A stretch of 63,839 nucleotides of DNA, the filler included, from Pelomyxa schiedti (taxonomy: Eukaryota > Protista > Evosea), in NCBI GenBank assembly GCA_020536535.1. It is 12 parts of 12 records of this genome, joined end to end, with 100 filler letters (N's around TTAATTAATTAA, not from the genome) between each part and the next. Parts side by side here need not be neighbours in the genome. Positions count along the whole stretch, not along the records: positions 11,686 to 16,000 come from JAHLWZ010001609.1; positions 16,101 to 25,181 come from JAHLWZ010001301.1; positions 25,282 to 43,207 come from JAHLWZ010000713.1; 9 more parts are not named here. One strand, 5' to 3'. Positions within the stretch are counted from its first letter, which is position 1; every line of letters starts with the position of its first letter. Below the pieces are notes generated by a model. That model was not told the origin of the DNA, made no database searches, and was given only the letters and a program-made list of their open reading frames with translations. Below are positions 13,911 through 25,580 of the stretch, piece after piece. The position numbers were made by a program, and so were the translations under genes.

Positions 13911-14937
13911 GCACATCATTTGCACTTCTGTGTGAGAACAAGATTTTTAAAATCGAAATCGAGGGTGAGCATGAAACTCCTTTTCACTCAAAATAATAGG
14001 CTGGGAATCCACTTGAGAAGGCCTGTTGCATATTGAAGCAGGTGGCCCTTGGCCTAGCACAACTGCACAGCATAAACATTGCCCACAGGCACCGGCCACC
14101 TCCCTAACTGTTGTGCATCCACTCTAAATAGAAACATCCAACCAAGTAGTATACTTTTGATAGACCGATCTGAGACACCTTTCGTAAAGATAACGGTACT
14201 TCTTCATTTACAAAAGATTTGTTTCTGACTCAAAAACAAGAGTTTCAATTTCGCCAAGTCTGCGACATGTGGCACTCTCCTGCTTGAGGGAAGTTGTGGT
14301 GCTGCCAGGGTGCGCTGTAACAATGAACAGAACCTCTGACTATGTAATTGTGACACCCATCCGTTCACTGCCTGTTACCATGTGCTCTACTCTGGATGCA
14401 TCTTCACATACAGCGGCCGCAACCCCAACACCAACTCCAACAGCATCCCCTTCCACGCCCACACCCACTCCCACCCCACAACAACCGTTCCAGCACCAAC
14501 CCCGTTGCCGCTGGCATCCTCAGCAACAACAGCGGCTGCGACCAATGAGCCTGACAACGACGGGGAGGAGGAGGAAGAAAGAGAGGGAGAAGAGGGTGAT
14601 GAACCGTGCAGGTCCTGTAGAAAACACCTTGAGCTTCGTCCCTCCCTATTACTAGGATTTCAAGCAAAAAACCCTGGGGAAACGAAGGAACCATAATCAA
14701 TCCTCGATTTGGTGGACAAAACGGGAAAGTCAGCTTTCGCCTCTGTCGAGGGGTTGCGGTGATGATTGGTGCCGCGGTTCGCAGTGGCGCGGTGATGCGT
14801 TGTGGTGCACACAGCAGTTTTTGACTGCTGCATTTGTGTGAAAGTAATTGGCAAACACAAACATAAAGGAAGTAAACATGTTACTGATTATTGATGGTGG
14901 CTGGTGCGGCTGTTCTCACCAGTGTGGTGGATGTTGT

Positions 14938-15410
14938 GCTGAAAGCATTGTTGTTGGTGGGGGATAGTAAAGGAGAGTCTTCATTGTCAGCTGAATCACC
15001 AAAATCAAGCTCAGAGAGAGGTGGCAACATTGCACCTCGTTTTCTCACAATAGCATTGACATCACCATCACTCCAAGCATGAATCACAATGACACTAGCA
15101 TCCATGACTTACGAAGGGATGTCCACACCCTGAAATTAACAACAGCACAGTTGATGGCACTCTGCTCAAGTGTCCAGGAAAATGAAAGCCTTCCACAGAC
15201 TAGAAGTCATGAAGAACTCCAGGCAACATCAGGTTTGTCTATGTTCAGTTTTATGTCATCTCACTTCTCAACAGAGCAACCAACACAAAGGCCAACCAAA
15301 AGAGAAAACAAGGTGCAGTGTTGCCACCTCTCTCTGAGCTTGATTTTGGTGATTCAGCTGACAATGAAGACTCTCCTTTACTATCCCCCACCAACAACAA
15401 TGCTTTCAGC
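14938..15410. repeat. Inverted duplication D of a 109-nt coding-like segment (255-nt spacer)
   Basis: 14938-15046 matches the reverse complement of 15302-15410 with 2 differences. Both arms encode LPPLSELDFGDSADNEDSPLLSPTNNNAFS. Confidence 0.92.
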
Positions 15411-16100
15411 AGAAACGAGAAAAAATATTATTACTTACTTTTTCTTCGATTTGGTTTGTTCAATCAAAAGGGAAAACAGGACCGCCGGTTCGTTCGGTGG
15501 CTGGTCGAGGTGTACCAGGCCTCCAAGTTGGCTGATGCCCACCAGGTTGCCCCGAGGCATATCCCCAACAGCTCCCCAATGTTGGTGCTGTTGCTTTTGC
15601 TGTTCTGTTGCTGTTGCTCCTGCTGGTTGCTTCTGTGTTGTTCCTCCAGTCCTTTATGGCACTGAGCTGAGTTAGACAAGTTAATTGGACCCAAGGCCTT
15701 TTTCAATGCAAAGTATATGGGAATCCCAGCAAGAAATCATAACCTCCTCCACACCCTGTCACACAAACCAAAAATACCCACCCCCCATTCAGCCAAATAA
15801 AACCACAGGAAAAACAACCCAACAAATTCAGCCCAGCCTCCCACAACTTCATTTCTCTTGCCTTGCACCCCCAAAAAAACAAAAAGGAACCAAAGCACCA
15901 CATTTGACCCACAGCTAGTTGTTGCTCTCCACAGCAAAAAACAGATATAAGCTATACTACAAGTCCTAACTGAGTTGAGGGTGGCTCACCATCAGACTCA
16001 NNNNNNNNNNNNNNNNNNNNNNNNNNNNNNNNNNNNNNNNNNNNTTAATTAATTAANNNNNNNNNNNNNNNNNNNNNNNNNNNNNNNNNNNNNNNNNNNN

Positions 16101-16256
16101 GTATATGTATCAAATACTTTTGTGAGGAAATCAGCACCAAGGGTAGTTTTATATTGTGCACTGAATCTCTTGTTTACGTATCTTATAAGTATGAGTGGGA
16201 GAAAAAAGAAAAAAAAGCCAACGACAAACCTTTGAATCAAACACGATTTGCCAACA
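16101..16256 (-). CDS. Rab-family small GTPase fragment (Rab7-like G1-G2 region), truncated by the contig end
   Basis: Exons VGKSCLIQRFV and NKRFSAQYKTTLGADFLTKV match the Rab P-loop end and effector loop. The upstream exon was not located. Confidence 0.7.
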
Positions 16257-16267
16257 CTGTCAGCGAG

Positions 16268-16393
16268 AAAGGGAGTTAATCGCGTTATGTGCACTACATC
16301 GCTGACGACAAAGGGAGTTAATCACACAATTTTGCCAACGACAAAGGGAGTTAATCGCGTTATGTGCACTTTACTACTCCCTTTGTTGTCAGC
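16268..16393. repeat. Short tandem/inverted repeat cluster (AAAGGGAGTTAATC x3 plus one inverted partial copy)
   Basis: Copies at 16268-16295, 16307-16323 and 16340-16370. 16301-16318 pairs with 16376-16393. Confidence 0.85.
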
Positions 16394-17367
16394 AACCAGA
16401 GCAAAAGATAGTGCCAGTTAATAATTAATTGCACACTGTCCTTACTTGGTATCAAAAAAAAACCTTTATTAAAAACCCAGGACTGTGTTTGTTGTGGTTT
16501 TGTAGCCAAATAAGGTCAAGAGTCATTGAGACATTGTTAGAAAGCCAAAAGAGGTCTTACATCACTACAATGCAATGTAGTTGAAACCCATTTGGGGGGA
16601 GCCCAGTTTGGTTGATCAGTTTTTACCTTAAGAACCTCCTTTTTTTTTCCCCACCAGAATTATGGGGTGAAGCAACAAGAAAGATGATGTGTTGTGTCAA
16701 GTGGGTTTGGTGCATATGGGTGAAGTTTGGTTGCAATTTGGTTGTGTGACAGAAAGAACTTGTGTAACAGGTTACCTACAAATTGGAAGACATAACTTAT
16801 TCTTTTTTCCGGACACCTGTGTGGTCCAGCAACAGAGAGGCTGTCATGGGTGTACACTACAAAATGATTAAAATAAAATAAGATCTGCATGCAGGCAGCC
16901 TCTCTTGCTCTTTGGCAAGGGGCAAAGGCACATAGAGCAAATAATGGTTGTCATGTGAACCTGTGGATGTTAGAAACAGAAAGCCGATAAATGGGACAAA
17001 CTGGCAAACTCACTGAAGTCATGAACTTAACAGTATCTTGTCAATAAATCTATGCATTGGTTAGCTGGGGAAAAAAAGGGAGAAGGCATACCCCAATTCT
17101 GGAACTGGAATCCGTTAGCCATTCCGCACTGCTTGTCAGGTTAGTCGGCAAGAGAGAAGGCAGTTGAGGGCACACCCAAGAGGAGAGCCGCCAAAAAGGA
17201 AAGAGGCCCAAATGCGCAAGGACGTTAACAGGAAAAGGGGGAAAAGGGCAACGCACTACACTGCGATCAGCCATAAAGGGTGACTGCTGGTCCAATTACA
17301 ACCAAGCTACTGCAAGAAAAAAAGAAGGGAAGAGGAAAAGGAAATACAGAGAGGGGAGTTTTGACCG

Positions 17368-18080
17368 ATGCGCCGCTTTACCATTGTGTCTCCTTGCGAT
17401 TCTCTCTTTGAAAAGACGATCAGGCATCGCGGCAACGTATTGCTCTATGAAGGTGGGTGCAAGTTCCACCGGGGGTCAAAACTCCCTCTCTGTATTTCCG
17501 TTTCCTCTGCACTACACTCGTTGATTTCTCCTCGTCTCCAACCCACAAGACGAAAATTTGCCGAGCGGTGTTCTCCTTGATCTGAACACCACACTCAAAA
17601 ACCATCTCCACACACACCACAGGCAATGAAATTACACCACACCGTGCTTCATTGGTGAAAGTGTGGCACAGTGATCGGAATTCAATAACCCGCAATTTTT
17701 ATGCTTCATACGAAGGTGTGAACAACTGGAGTACGATGCACTGCACAATGGCGTGTTTCCTTATCGACGTAGACCACACGGAAAGACGGACACATTCCGT
17801 GCACGATGCCCAGCCTTTCTGTGCCACCAAAGACTCCATCGATGTCTTGGAAACCTTCTCAGTCAGCCAACAATATTTACCTTTCTTCAGCTTTCTACTG
17901 ACGACTGGTGGAAAACTAGCAATGTCCGTCATGCCATTCCGATCTTGTGGGAACAATACTCTACAGGATTCATTGCACCACAGCTTTACCAATGAAACAT
18001 ATTTATATGAGACTGTGGCATCTGCCTGGGACCTTATCCGCACATACCTTGAGTTTGCTGCTAACTCCTTTTCATTGTAG
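17368..18080 (+). CDS. Hypothetical protein, probably 2-3 exons
   Basis: MRRFTIVSP... exon and a 142-codon ORF preceded by a CAG acceptor. No domain recognised. Confidence 0.35.
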
Positions 18081-18191
18081 ATTCTGACATCTTTTAGTCG
18101 GATCTGGACCCAACATGAGAAATGTCTACAGCTGCAGCTTCTGCAACATCCACACAGCCATCACCAAATTGTGCTGTGGTCGGCGTTGTTT

Positions 18192-21100
18192 TCAGGCAAC
18201 GCAGAGTGGGGCTATCGGCGTGGGAGTAGCTTGCCAGCGCCCGTGGTGATTGTGTATGGCGGAGGGCAAAGGTGACGATAGCGATGTGATCTGGTGCGGT
18301 ATGGGATGAGAACTAGTGAGCACAACTTTGAGGCAAGATAAAGAAGTAGGGTCACTCATACTCTCTCCACTTGTAACACAGCCATCTGGAAACCTTTTGG
18401 TACCCCTACTCCATTTCTTCACCTCTTGTGGTCTAACTTTAGCGCCGGTGGATGTCTTGTTTGTCTTCCTCACCTGTGTTTAGGCCTGATGGAGGAAAGC
18501 ACCAGGTATGCTTCCTCACTTCGTTTATCATTTTGACTTGGAAACAGGCCTCCAGCACAGTTCCCTCCGGAATTGCGGCTTAGAGTGGGTCCACTTCCCT
18601 CTTCCTCCTTTTTGTCACCGCCCACTGTAATGAGCATTACAGAAACCAACACGACGAGTTCTCCTTATTTTTCTCCCCAGTTTTCCACAGTGGCTGGTAT
18701 GCGTTTCTTCTCCCACTTTACTGCATTCTCATAAAGACAAGGTCACACCTTCCATATTGACACCAGTTGCAGGCATGATACCTTGATGAAGCTGGCACAG
18801 AAGGCATAGTTCCATTTTCTTGGCGCTCTGGGCCACTATTTCAAGAACAGTAATGCCAGGTCTGGTTCCTATTCTATTTGTATTGTATTCTAACTTGCTA
18901 CAAGACCTCAGCCTCCCTAACCTAACCCTCTAAACAACGAAACTTTCTTTCCATTCTAAAACTTCGAATTTTTAGAAGGTGAGGGAAGAAGTGCACTCCC
19001 TGACCAGCTGGTTTTTTGCAGCATTGGTTTCTTCAGGTTCTGGATTTTTTTGGAATTGGGGGGTGATGGGATTCTTTGGGGTCTGCACGTAGGTTACCGG
19101 GTAGTTGCAATGTGATATTACATACCAAATAAACGTTGGCCAAATGCTGGGTCAATTGCATGTAAAAATGCCTCTGGGTACAGGCAAAAGAGATAAGGGC
19201 CTGACATTATATGAAATTCCTTCCAGAATTTCATGTTATCAATTGTAACAGCAGGGTTTCTTCTAATGTACTCTAACAATGTGGGTGTTGGCACCAACTG
19301 ATTGGCGGAAAGAAATGTATACACTGCTAATTTTTTTTTAGTGAGAGTAGAAGAGAACCGACAACATACCGTTCTCTTTTCTCTTGAGAGCCTCTTCCCA
19401 GGCCTGTTTGCATTTTAGTTCCAGACCTTTAGCTTTGCACGTGAGTTGCAATTGATCTAGGAGAAGTAAATACAAAGAAAAAACCATGAACAGAATACTT
19501 TGTATAGAATCCGGAGAATCAGGATTTGCAGGGAACCGCTCATCTTCAATTTGTTTTGTTAAAAGGAAAACCTGTAACGGTACACACTTCTAAGTCCTAA
19601 ACTGACACTATCAACCTTTTCTTTGGTGGTTTCGGTTTTTACATCATTTTTAGACCCAAGAACCTTATGTACTAACATCCATGATGTGGACACCTCATGC
19701 AAATGAGTAAAAGTCTGCATTCTTTTGTGTGAATCTTTTTTTATGTTAATAGCAATTTTAAAAAGAAAGAAGTACTTGGGTCAGCATGATAGTGTGACAA
19801 TTCCCATAGAGCACAAAAACCTGGAGATCCCGGGTCCATCTGCACATGCTGTACACAATCCTCAAATGAGAATCCTTTTGTTGGTTTCATCAAAATCATC
19901 TTGTGACGCCAAGAATCTGTCTGAAAAAAGTATTACCAAACAAAAAGTGAATGGTGTCTCATTACATCAAGGCCTAACTGCCATTCTGGGTCATAAAAAG
20001 GTGCAAATACAGCAAAAGGAACGTGCACTTTGACTCTGTTCCCTGGAAGGGGAATAAAGCAACTCCACTCTATGGCATTCAGTGTCTCCCCAATTTCGAT
20101 GAGTGCGTTACCTTGACCATGAGTTTACAAGGGTTAGGGGTGGCTGTTGTTTTACTTGACGGGAGTTCAAAAGTTCCTCCTGACTTTAATCCACGCCAAT
20201 CAATTTCCGGAAGGACAGATAAAAGGTGTTCCTTAAGCTTGGAGAGATATTCTCGGCCGATTGACCTTGAAGGTCACCACTCCTTAGAACAGGGAATAAC
20301 AAACATCTCCTGCATACTTGGTTACTTCAGTTGTATCTTGAAGAATTTGTTTCCAGCATTCCAGGATTATATCCAGCAAATCTGGTGCACAACCAGGGTA
20401 GTGATGAGAGAACCTTTGCATGCTAAGGAGTTTATAGTTGGTGGAATTGAGGGGGGTAAAGTGTTACATACGCTGAGAGAAACTCCAAAAAAAGGATAGG
20501 AAAAAATTGGAGTGCCGCGGCAACCAGACGCATTTGGTCTAATATGCTGTCTTGCTCACGACCAAAGAAGGAGTTTCCAGGGGTAGTGTCAAAAATGTTG
20601 TAGAGTAGCTGAAAAGCTACATCATGAGATACAATTGGAGACTATTGTGGGAAGTTAGAAAAGGACGAAATTTGGCACAGCACGGCACACCAAAACATTC
20701 TCAAAAATTGCAGGATCTAAATTATATTTTGATAGAATAACAAGAGATCCAGAAATAATCAAGGTAACTTTTTTCCCGATTTCCATAAGATTCCTGGAGA
20801 AAACCATTCCATAACCACAAAAAAAGATATCATCCTTACAAGAGGGCCTCTTCTATGTGCCTAGGTGTTCTAGCCTCCGGTTCTCTGAGACCATGAACGT
20901 GCAAGATACAACTGTCTGTGTTTTCTGGTCTGGAGCCATGAATTTCAGAAAATAAAGTTTCAGCATCAACTAGAGAAGAAAGTAAACAGAGATCCTGAAA
21001 GTTCACTTAATAACCTGGCCCGTGAAGGAATCTTTCAAATGGAACATGGTAGGAACAAGGAGGACTTGTGTGAGTGTTTGGGTGCCACTTTGTTTCCCAG

Positions 21101-22288
21101 ATATTTGAAATCTCTTCCGTCAGGGTTTCAACAATCTCTGTGGCGATGTCATCTTTTCCTTTTTAACGAATGTTATATTCAAATTCGAGGAAAAATGAAT
21201 TGAATACCACTAACAGTCCATATTGTGATTGGATCTTCTGAGTTCTTGGTGAGTATTTTTATGGCTACACATCTATGCTCTTGTGTCTTAAAAGAGACTG
21301 AGTAGGGGTTCCTAGGCCGAAACTTCCAACCCCGCAATGGCGGCATTATGCCACTGCACTGGATTTCTACAACAGTGTCTAATGGATTATGCTGCAGTAA
21401 GTGGAGTTGAGGAAACTCCGGAGTAGGGAGTGGTACCAAGCATACAACATAAGGATTGTGGTCTGTCGCACTTGCAGGCAAAGCAGAAGCGGTTGAGGTT
21501 GAATTTGAACCTGATCTTGGCAAGCAAGTTGTGGTTGGAGCGGGAGTTGAGGGTATATACACTGGCTGTGTTTGGGGAGCTATAAATCGAGTTGACACGG
21601 GCTCGGGGGATTCATTTATGGGAGGAGATATATTGCAAACAGAGGGTGCACTCAAGGGGGTAATTCCACATTCTTTCTTACACTTGAAGAAATAGGCTAT
21701 GGCTAATAAAACTTGCACGACCACAGGCTCACCGTTGTGCAAGTTATTCTTCCATACTTTGGTTTCAGGACCAAACACCGTCTTCATGCTTGCCTCCAAT
21801 TTTGCTTTCAAAGTGCCATCAAGTTGTCCTGCCACGCGACCAGCATCGGGAACGATGCTGTGACGGCTGTGTATCGATGATACCAGCTGACCCCCCATTT
21901 GCACCACGAAATCCCACTCGGTCTTGGTGAGATTTTGAGGGAGTAACCCGTCCTCCATGAAGCCCCTGAAAGTCCCAAACGTGGCGGGACGTACGGCAAA
22001 GTGCACCCGCAGCACGCTGAGGAACGCCTGGGCCGGCGAGACCTCGGCCGACGGTGTCATCCTCTTTCGGCCAGTCGTGCTGACCGCCTCCAGCCCCTGC
22101 GCCATCGCGTTCGTGTTCGGAGCAGCCGTCGCCACTGGCGCGACCGAAGTAGTAGTCGTCGAAGTAGCCGCCTGAGAGGTTGTCGTAGAAGTAACCGAGG
22201 TCGAAGTCGGCGTTGCTGTGGTCGGTTTTGTTTGTACGAGGCACCGGTTTACTGCCTGCGCCATCCACAGTGCGCCGTACAGATGCAC
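18192..22288 (-). CDS. Large multi-exon hypothetical protein with a Thr/Ala-rich N-terminus
   Basis: A 369-aa first ORF is followed by many open exon-like blocks (e.g. TTPGNSFFGREQDSILDQMR, PFYDPEWQLGL) separated by GT-AG introns. The 3' end is uncertain. Confidence 0.5.
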
Positions 22289-22713
22289 ACCTCGTAGTTA
22301 CTGCGAGTTGTAAAACTCTCGGTTCGGTGTAGAGCATGCTTAAAAAAGCGAGCAGGACTACTTTTACGACGGTGCAACACTGCGAGTTCTCGTTTGACTT
22401 TTTTAGAAAGGGAAATTCAAGAAGGTGGGACAACTTCCAGTCACAGAATGCTCGCGAACTCCATCAGCCCCCAGCATAGACCCTGTCCCAATGGAGAGCA
22501 CCACCAGATTGTTTATGCTTGTGTTGGGCAGTGCAACCCGAGACACAGAGAGTCCTCCACCCAGCTTCATAAGAACCCTCGCATCAGATCTCTTTCGCTC
22601 TACAACACGTAAAACGTACGTTCCCATAAGTATTCCGTAGTAAAGTTTCCTGTTTAGAAAACAGAACGAGAATTGTTCCGGAGTGCCTTTCTTAAATAAC
22701 AAAACAAAAGAAA

Positions 22714-22765
22714 AGCTCAGGTGATACTTCGCTTTGCATGCGGAAGAACTGGGATCGATACCCAG
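22714..22765 (+). pseudogene. tRNA-Ala(UGC)-derived relic: anticodon and T arms intact, D arm and acceptor stem degraded
   Basis: TTCGC-TTTGCAT-GCGGA anticodon arm, then AGAA, then CTGGG-ATCGATA-CCCAG. The ATCGAT T-loop is typical of eukaryotic tRNA-Ala. Upstream AGCTCAG is a D-arm remnant. No acceptor stem. Confidence 0.62.
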
Positions 22766-22951
22766 CAGGGGGGCATGCTGCTTCCCTGTAGTTTAGATGG
22801 TTAGAATATCTACGTTTCACCTAGCGCCGTCACTCCTCATTTATTTTTGTTCTTATTTCTGAAGGGAGGATGGAAGCTTGATAGCTGACGGCTATCATTC
22901 GTGCTGCTTTCGTGGAAAAACCGTTACGTCTTCTTCTGAAGCAGCGGGGAG

Positions 22952-24284
22952 ATGTCAACGACGATGCTGGGGATGGTTGTGACGTACGGGCCGTTGGCAC
23001 GGGAACAGATGACAGCACTTGCCTGCGCGTCCCTTGGACCGTCATCACCACGGGGGCATCGAGGTGGGCGTGGAGGAGGGCACGGGTCGATGGCAATGAC
23101 GAGGGAGGTTCTCGTGGCTGTGTCACGTCACGTGTTGGCAACCAGGACGTGGCTGGTGATGCGGAACGATGACTACGACTGCTGGGTCGTCGGCCTATCT
23201 TTGACCCTCGGTCGGTTTATGATCCCATCATAAACTCCCTCGTCTTCCCCCCTTTTTTTTTTGTTGGACTTGTTATATATAAATACAAAAAGTTACATAA
23301 ATACAAAAAGGCGTGACCAAGAAGATTCCCTGTGGAAACGCGCGGCCACACTCATTCATTGATGATAGCACGTGGCTGATTTCAGAACCGCTGCCGAATT
23401 CGTTCCGGTCATGTCTTTCCGTTAGGCATTATGTTGGAATCAGCACTGCTTGGCAGATGCGGCTTAACGTGGTACTTTCTTTCTGTAGCATTCCTTGCGT
23501 GGCCAGTAACCCGCGGTGGATCGTTGCTATCTCGGATGATGAATTGCTGATATGGAGGGTTGTGAACTGCCGGCCTCAGTTGGGTGACATGAAACAACTG
23601 ACATTGCCGAGTGCCTCCGCCAGGTGGGAGCTCAATCTGACTTGCTATATGCCACCCAAGGGTGATGTTCTGACAATGATCGGCACTGAGGAGTTGTGCA
23701 TGTGGGTGTGTCAGCTGGATATTGCCCGCACCCATGCAAGCGGGTCTATAGTGGGATTAACTTGTCGTTTGCGCCGCATTTACCATAACTATAACAGCGG
23801 GATTTTTCTGACCAAGAGCGGCACCCTCGCAGTTCCATATTCAGGCCCAGAACCGTACTTCACTTTCCCTCTAAACAATCCAGACCCGAACTTTCAGCCA
23901 GTAAATACAGCCAGGCTGAGGAAAATTCCCCTCACCACTCCAAGCTACTGTAGAATTGCTGCTGTCACTCAGCTGGATTCCACCCACTTCAGCCTTCAAC
24001 AGGTGGACCCGCAACCCGATTCCACAACAACAACCACTATAGGCATTTATTCCACTGATTCCATCCCAAATGACACTGGCATTCCGGCATCGGATCCCAT
24101 AATAATTCCAGAACACCAAGTGAGTCTCCCGGAACTGCCGTCGATGTGGATTGGGTCCTGTCTCCTTCTGATCATTGACGGGGCCAAACTAACCATCGTG
24201 GACACACTCACCAACACAGTGGCGTTGATACTGGAGGGTCCTACACATGTCACACTGTCAGCCCACACAATCCTCAGTCCTTGA
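22952..24284 (+). CDS. Expanded-family member with one intron (23211-23310)
   Basis: Exon 1 AREQMTALACAS...VVGLSLTLG splices in frame to VTKKIPCG.... Motifs SNPRWIV and QLDIARTHASG are present. Confidence 0.78.
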
Positions 24285-24482
24285 ATAGCCACAAAAGCCA
24301 AGCAGTTGTGTAGCCCTAAAGAGATGCGATTGAATCTTACGGATCTGACAAATCCCGCTGTTGATTTTTTTTTGCTCATGACATTTGGGGTTGCCGGTTG
24401 GGGTCGTCGTCCGTTGAGATGCCATCCACACCCCATCAAAACAAACCAAAAAAAACAACCAAGAGAAAGGACTGCCAAGTAG

Positions 24483-25181
24483 ATGAAGGGATTATTGGTT
24501 GTGGTATCGGCGTGTTTGTTGACGGTGACGGTGGTGTTGGTTGCGGGATCTCTCCCTGCCAGATCTCACCTTGGCACTGTATGCATTTGCCGTTGTGGTG
24601 GGGTTTTTTTTAACACATAACACATACATGTTATTAGACGCCATACACAATGAAGTTCAAATTGTACGCTTGTGATGGCTACGAAGTGCCCACTCTTCCG
24701 TGGACCCTTATTGGTGGAGGTTTGTGTAAGCCAAAGTCAATCCGGTTGACTTTCGCCTAGGCGTTCAGTATGCTGATCCGGCACACAATTATTATCGAAA
24801 GGATGTTTACTATTCTGTTCCTCACGCTGGCTTCAATGTATCCATATTCACGGTATCACTCAAATTCTTCGTTCTTATACTTATTGTTCTTATACTGATT
24901 GTTCTTGAACTTCTAAAGACAGAAAGTAATGTATCTTATATCTGGGGCACACCTTATTATGGTTATACCGCTGGTGCTCACTTGCATTTCTGCTACACAG
25001 AATCATTATTCTGGTGGGGACCTGTTTTCACCGCTGATTCTTTCACGACGGTATGAAATAAAATTACTTACTCTTTGCCAAACTCTCCAAGGCGGTTACT
25101 GTTGGGAGCAAGTGGGTATCAGACCCCGAGAACCTGGTTACTTGGCCTTGCATAGAGTACGACGACGTTCGCGAATACTAT
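24483..25181 (+). CDS. Secreted multi-exon protein, 3'-truncated; possibly ependymin-related (weak)
   Basis: Signal-peptide-like MKGLLVVVSACLLTVTVVLVAG. Short exons join in frame: GVQYADPAHNYYRKDVYYS, TESNVSYIWGTPYY, ESLFWWGPVF. Confidence 0.52.
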
Positions 25182-25580
25182 NNNNNNNNNNNNNNNNNNN
25201 NNNNNNNNNNNNNNNNNNNNNNNNNTTAATTAATTAANNNNNNNNNNNNNNNNNNNNNNNNNNNNNNNNNNNNNNNNNNNNCTCCGTTTTAGAATCAAAA
25301 AGGAAAAAAAAAGTCGGTTCGTTAGAAGTGTAGGGGGGAGGCTGTCGAATTTTTTCTAAGCTAAAACCTCGCGGTCTTGTATTGAAAAAATTTAGCCAAA
25401 TGGATCAGTTGACCGCAGCAGCATAGTTCTTTCCACAGTGTGCTTCGGATTCATGGATTATGTGGTATCATCTCGTCCATGGTGGTCCTCGTTGACCCGG
25501 AAGAACCAGGGGCGGTGAGCCTCTCAGGAGCCGATAATGGGAAGTTCTTTTTCCCTTAGAAAGAAAAAGAAAACCCTTCG

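Noticed and set aside
14269-14700. Pro/Thr-rich and acidic ORFs on the plus strand
   Set aside because: Two overlapping low-complexity frames look equally plausible and no start or splice structure could be fixed, so no CDS was called.
12182-16393. Repeats read as a CRISPR array or prokaryotic terminators
   Set aside because: The context is eukaryotic and intron-rich, there is no regular repeat-spacer periodicity, and no cas genes are present.
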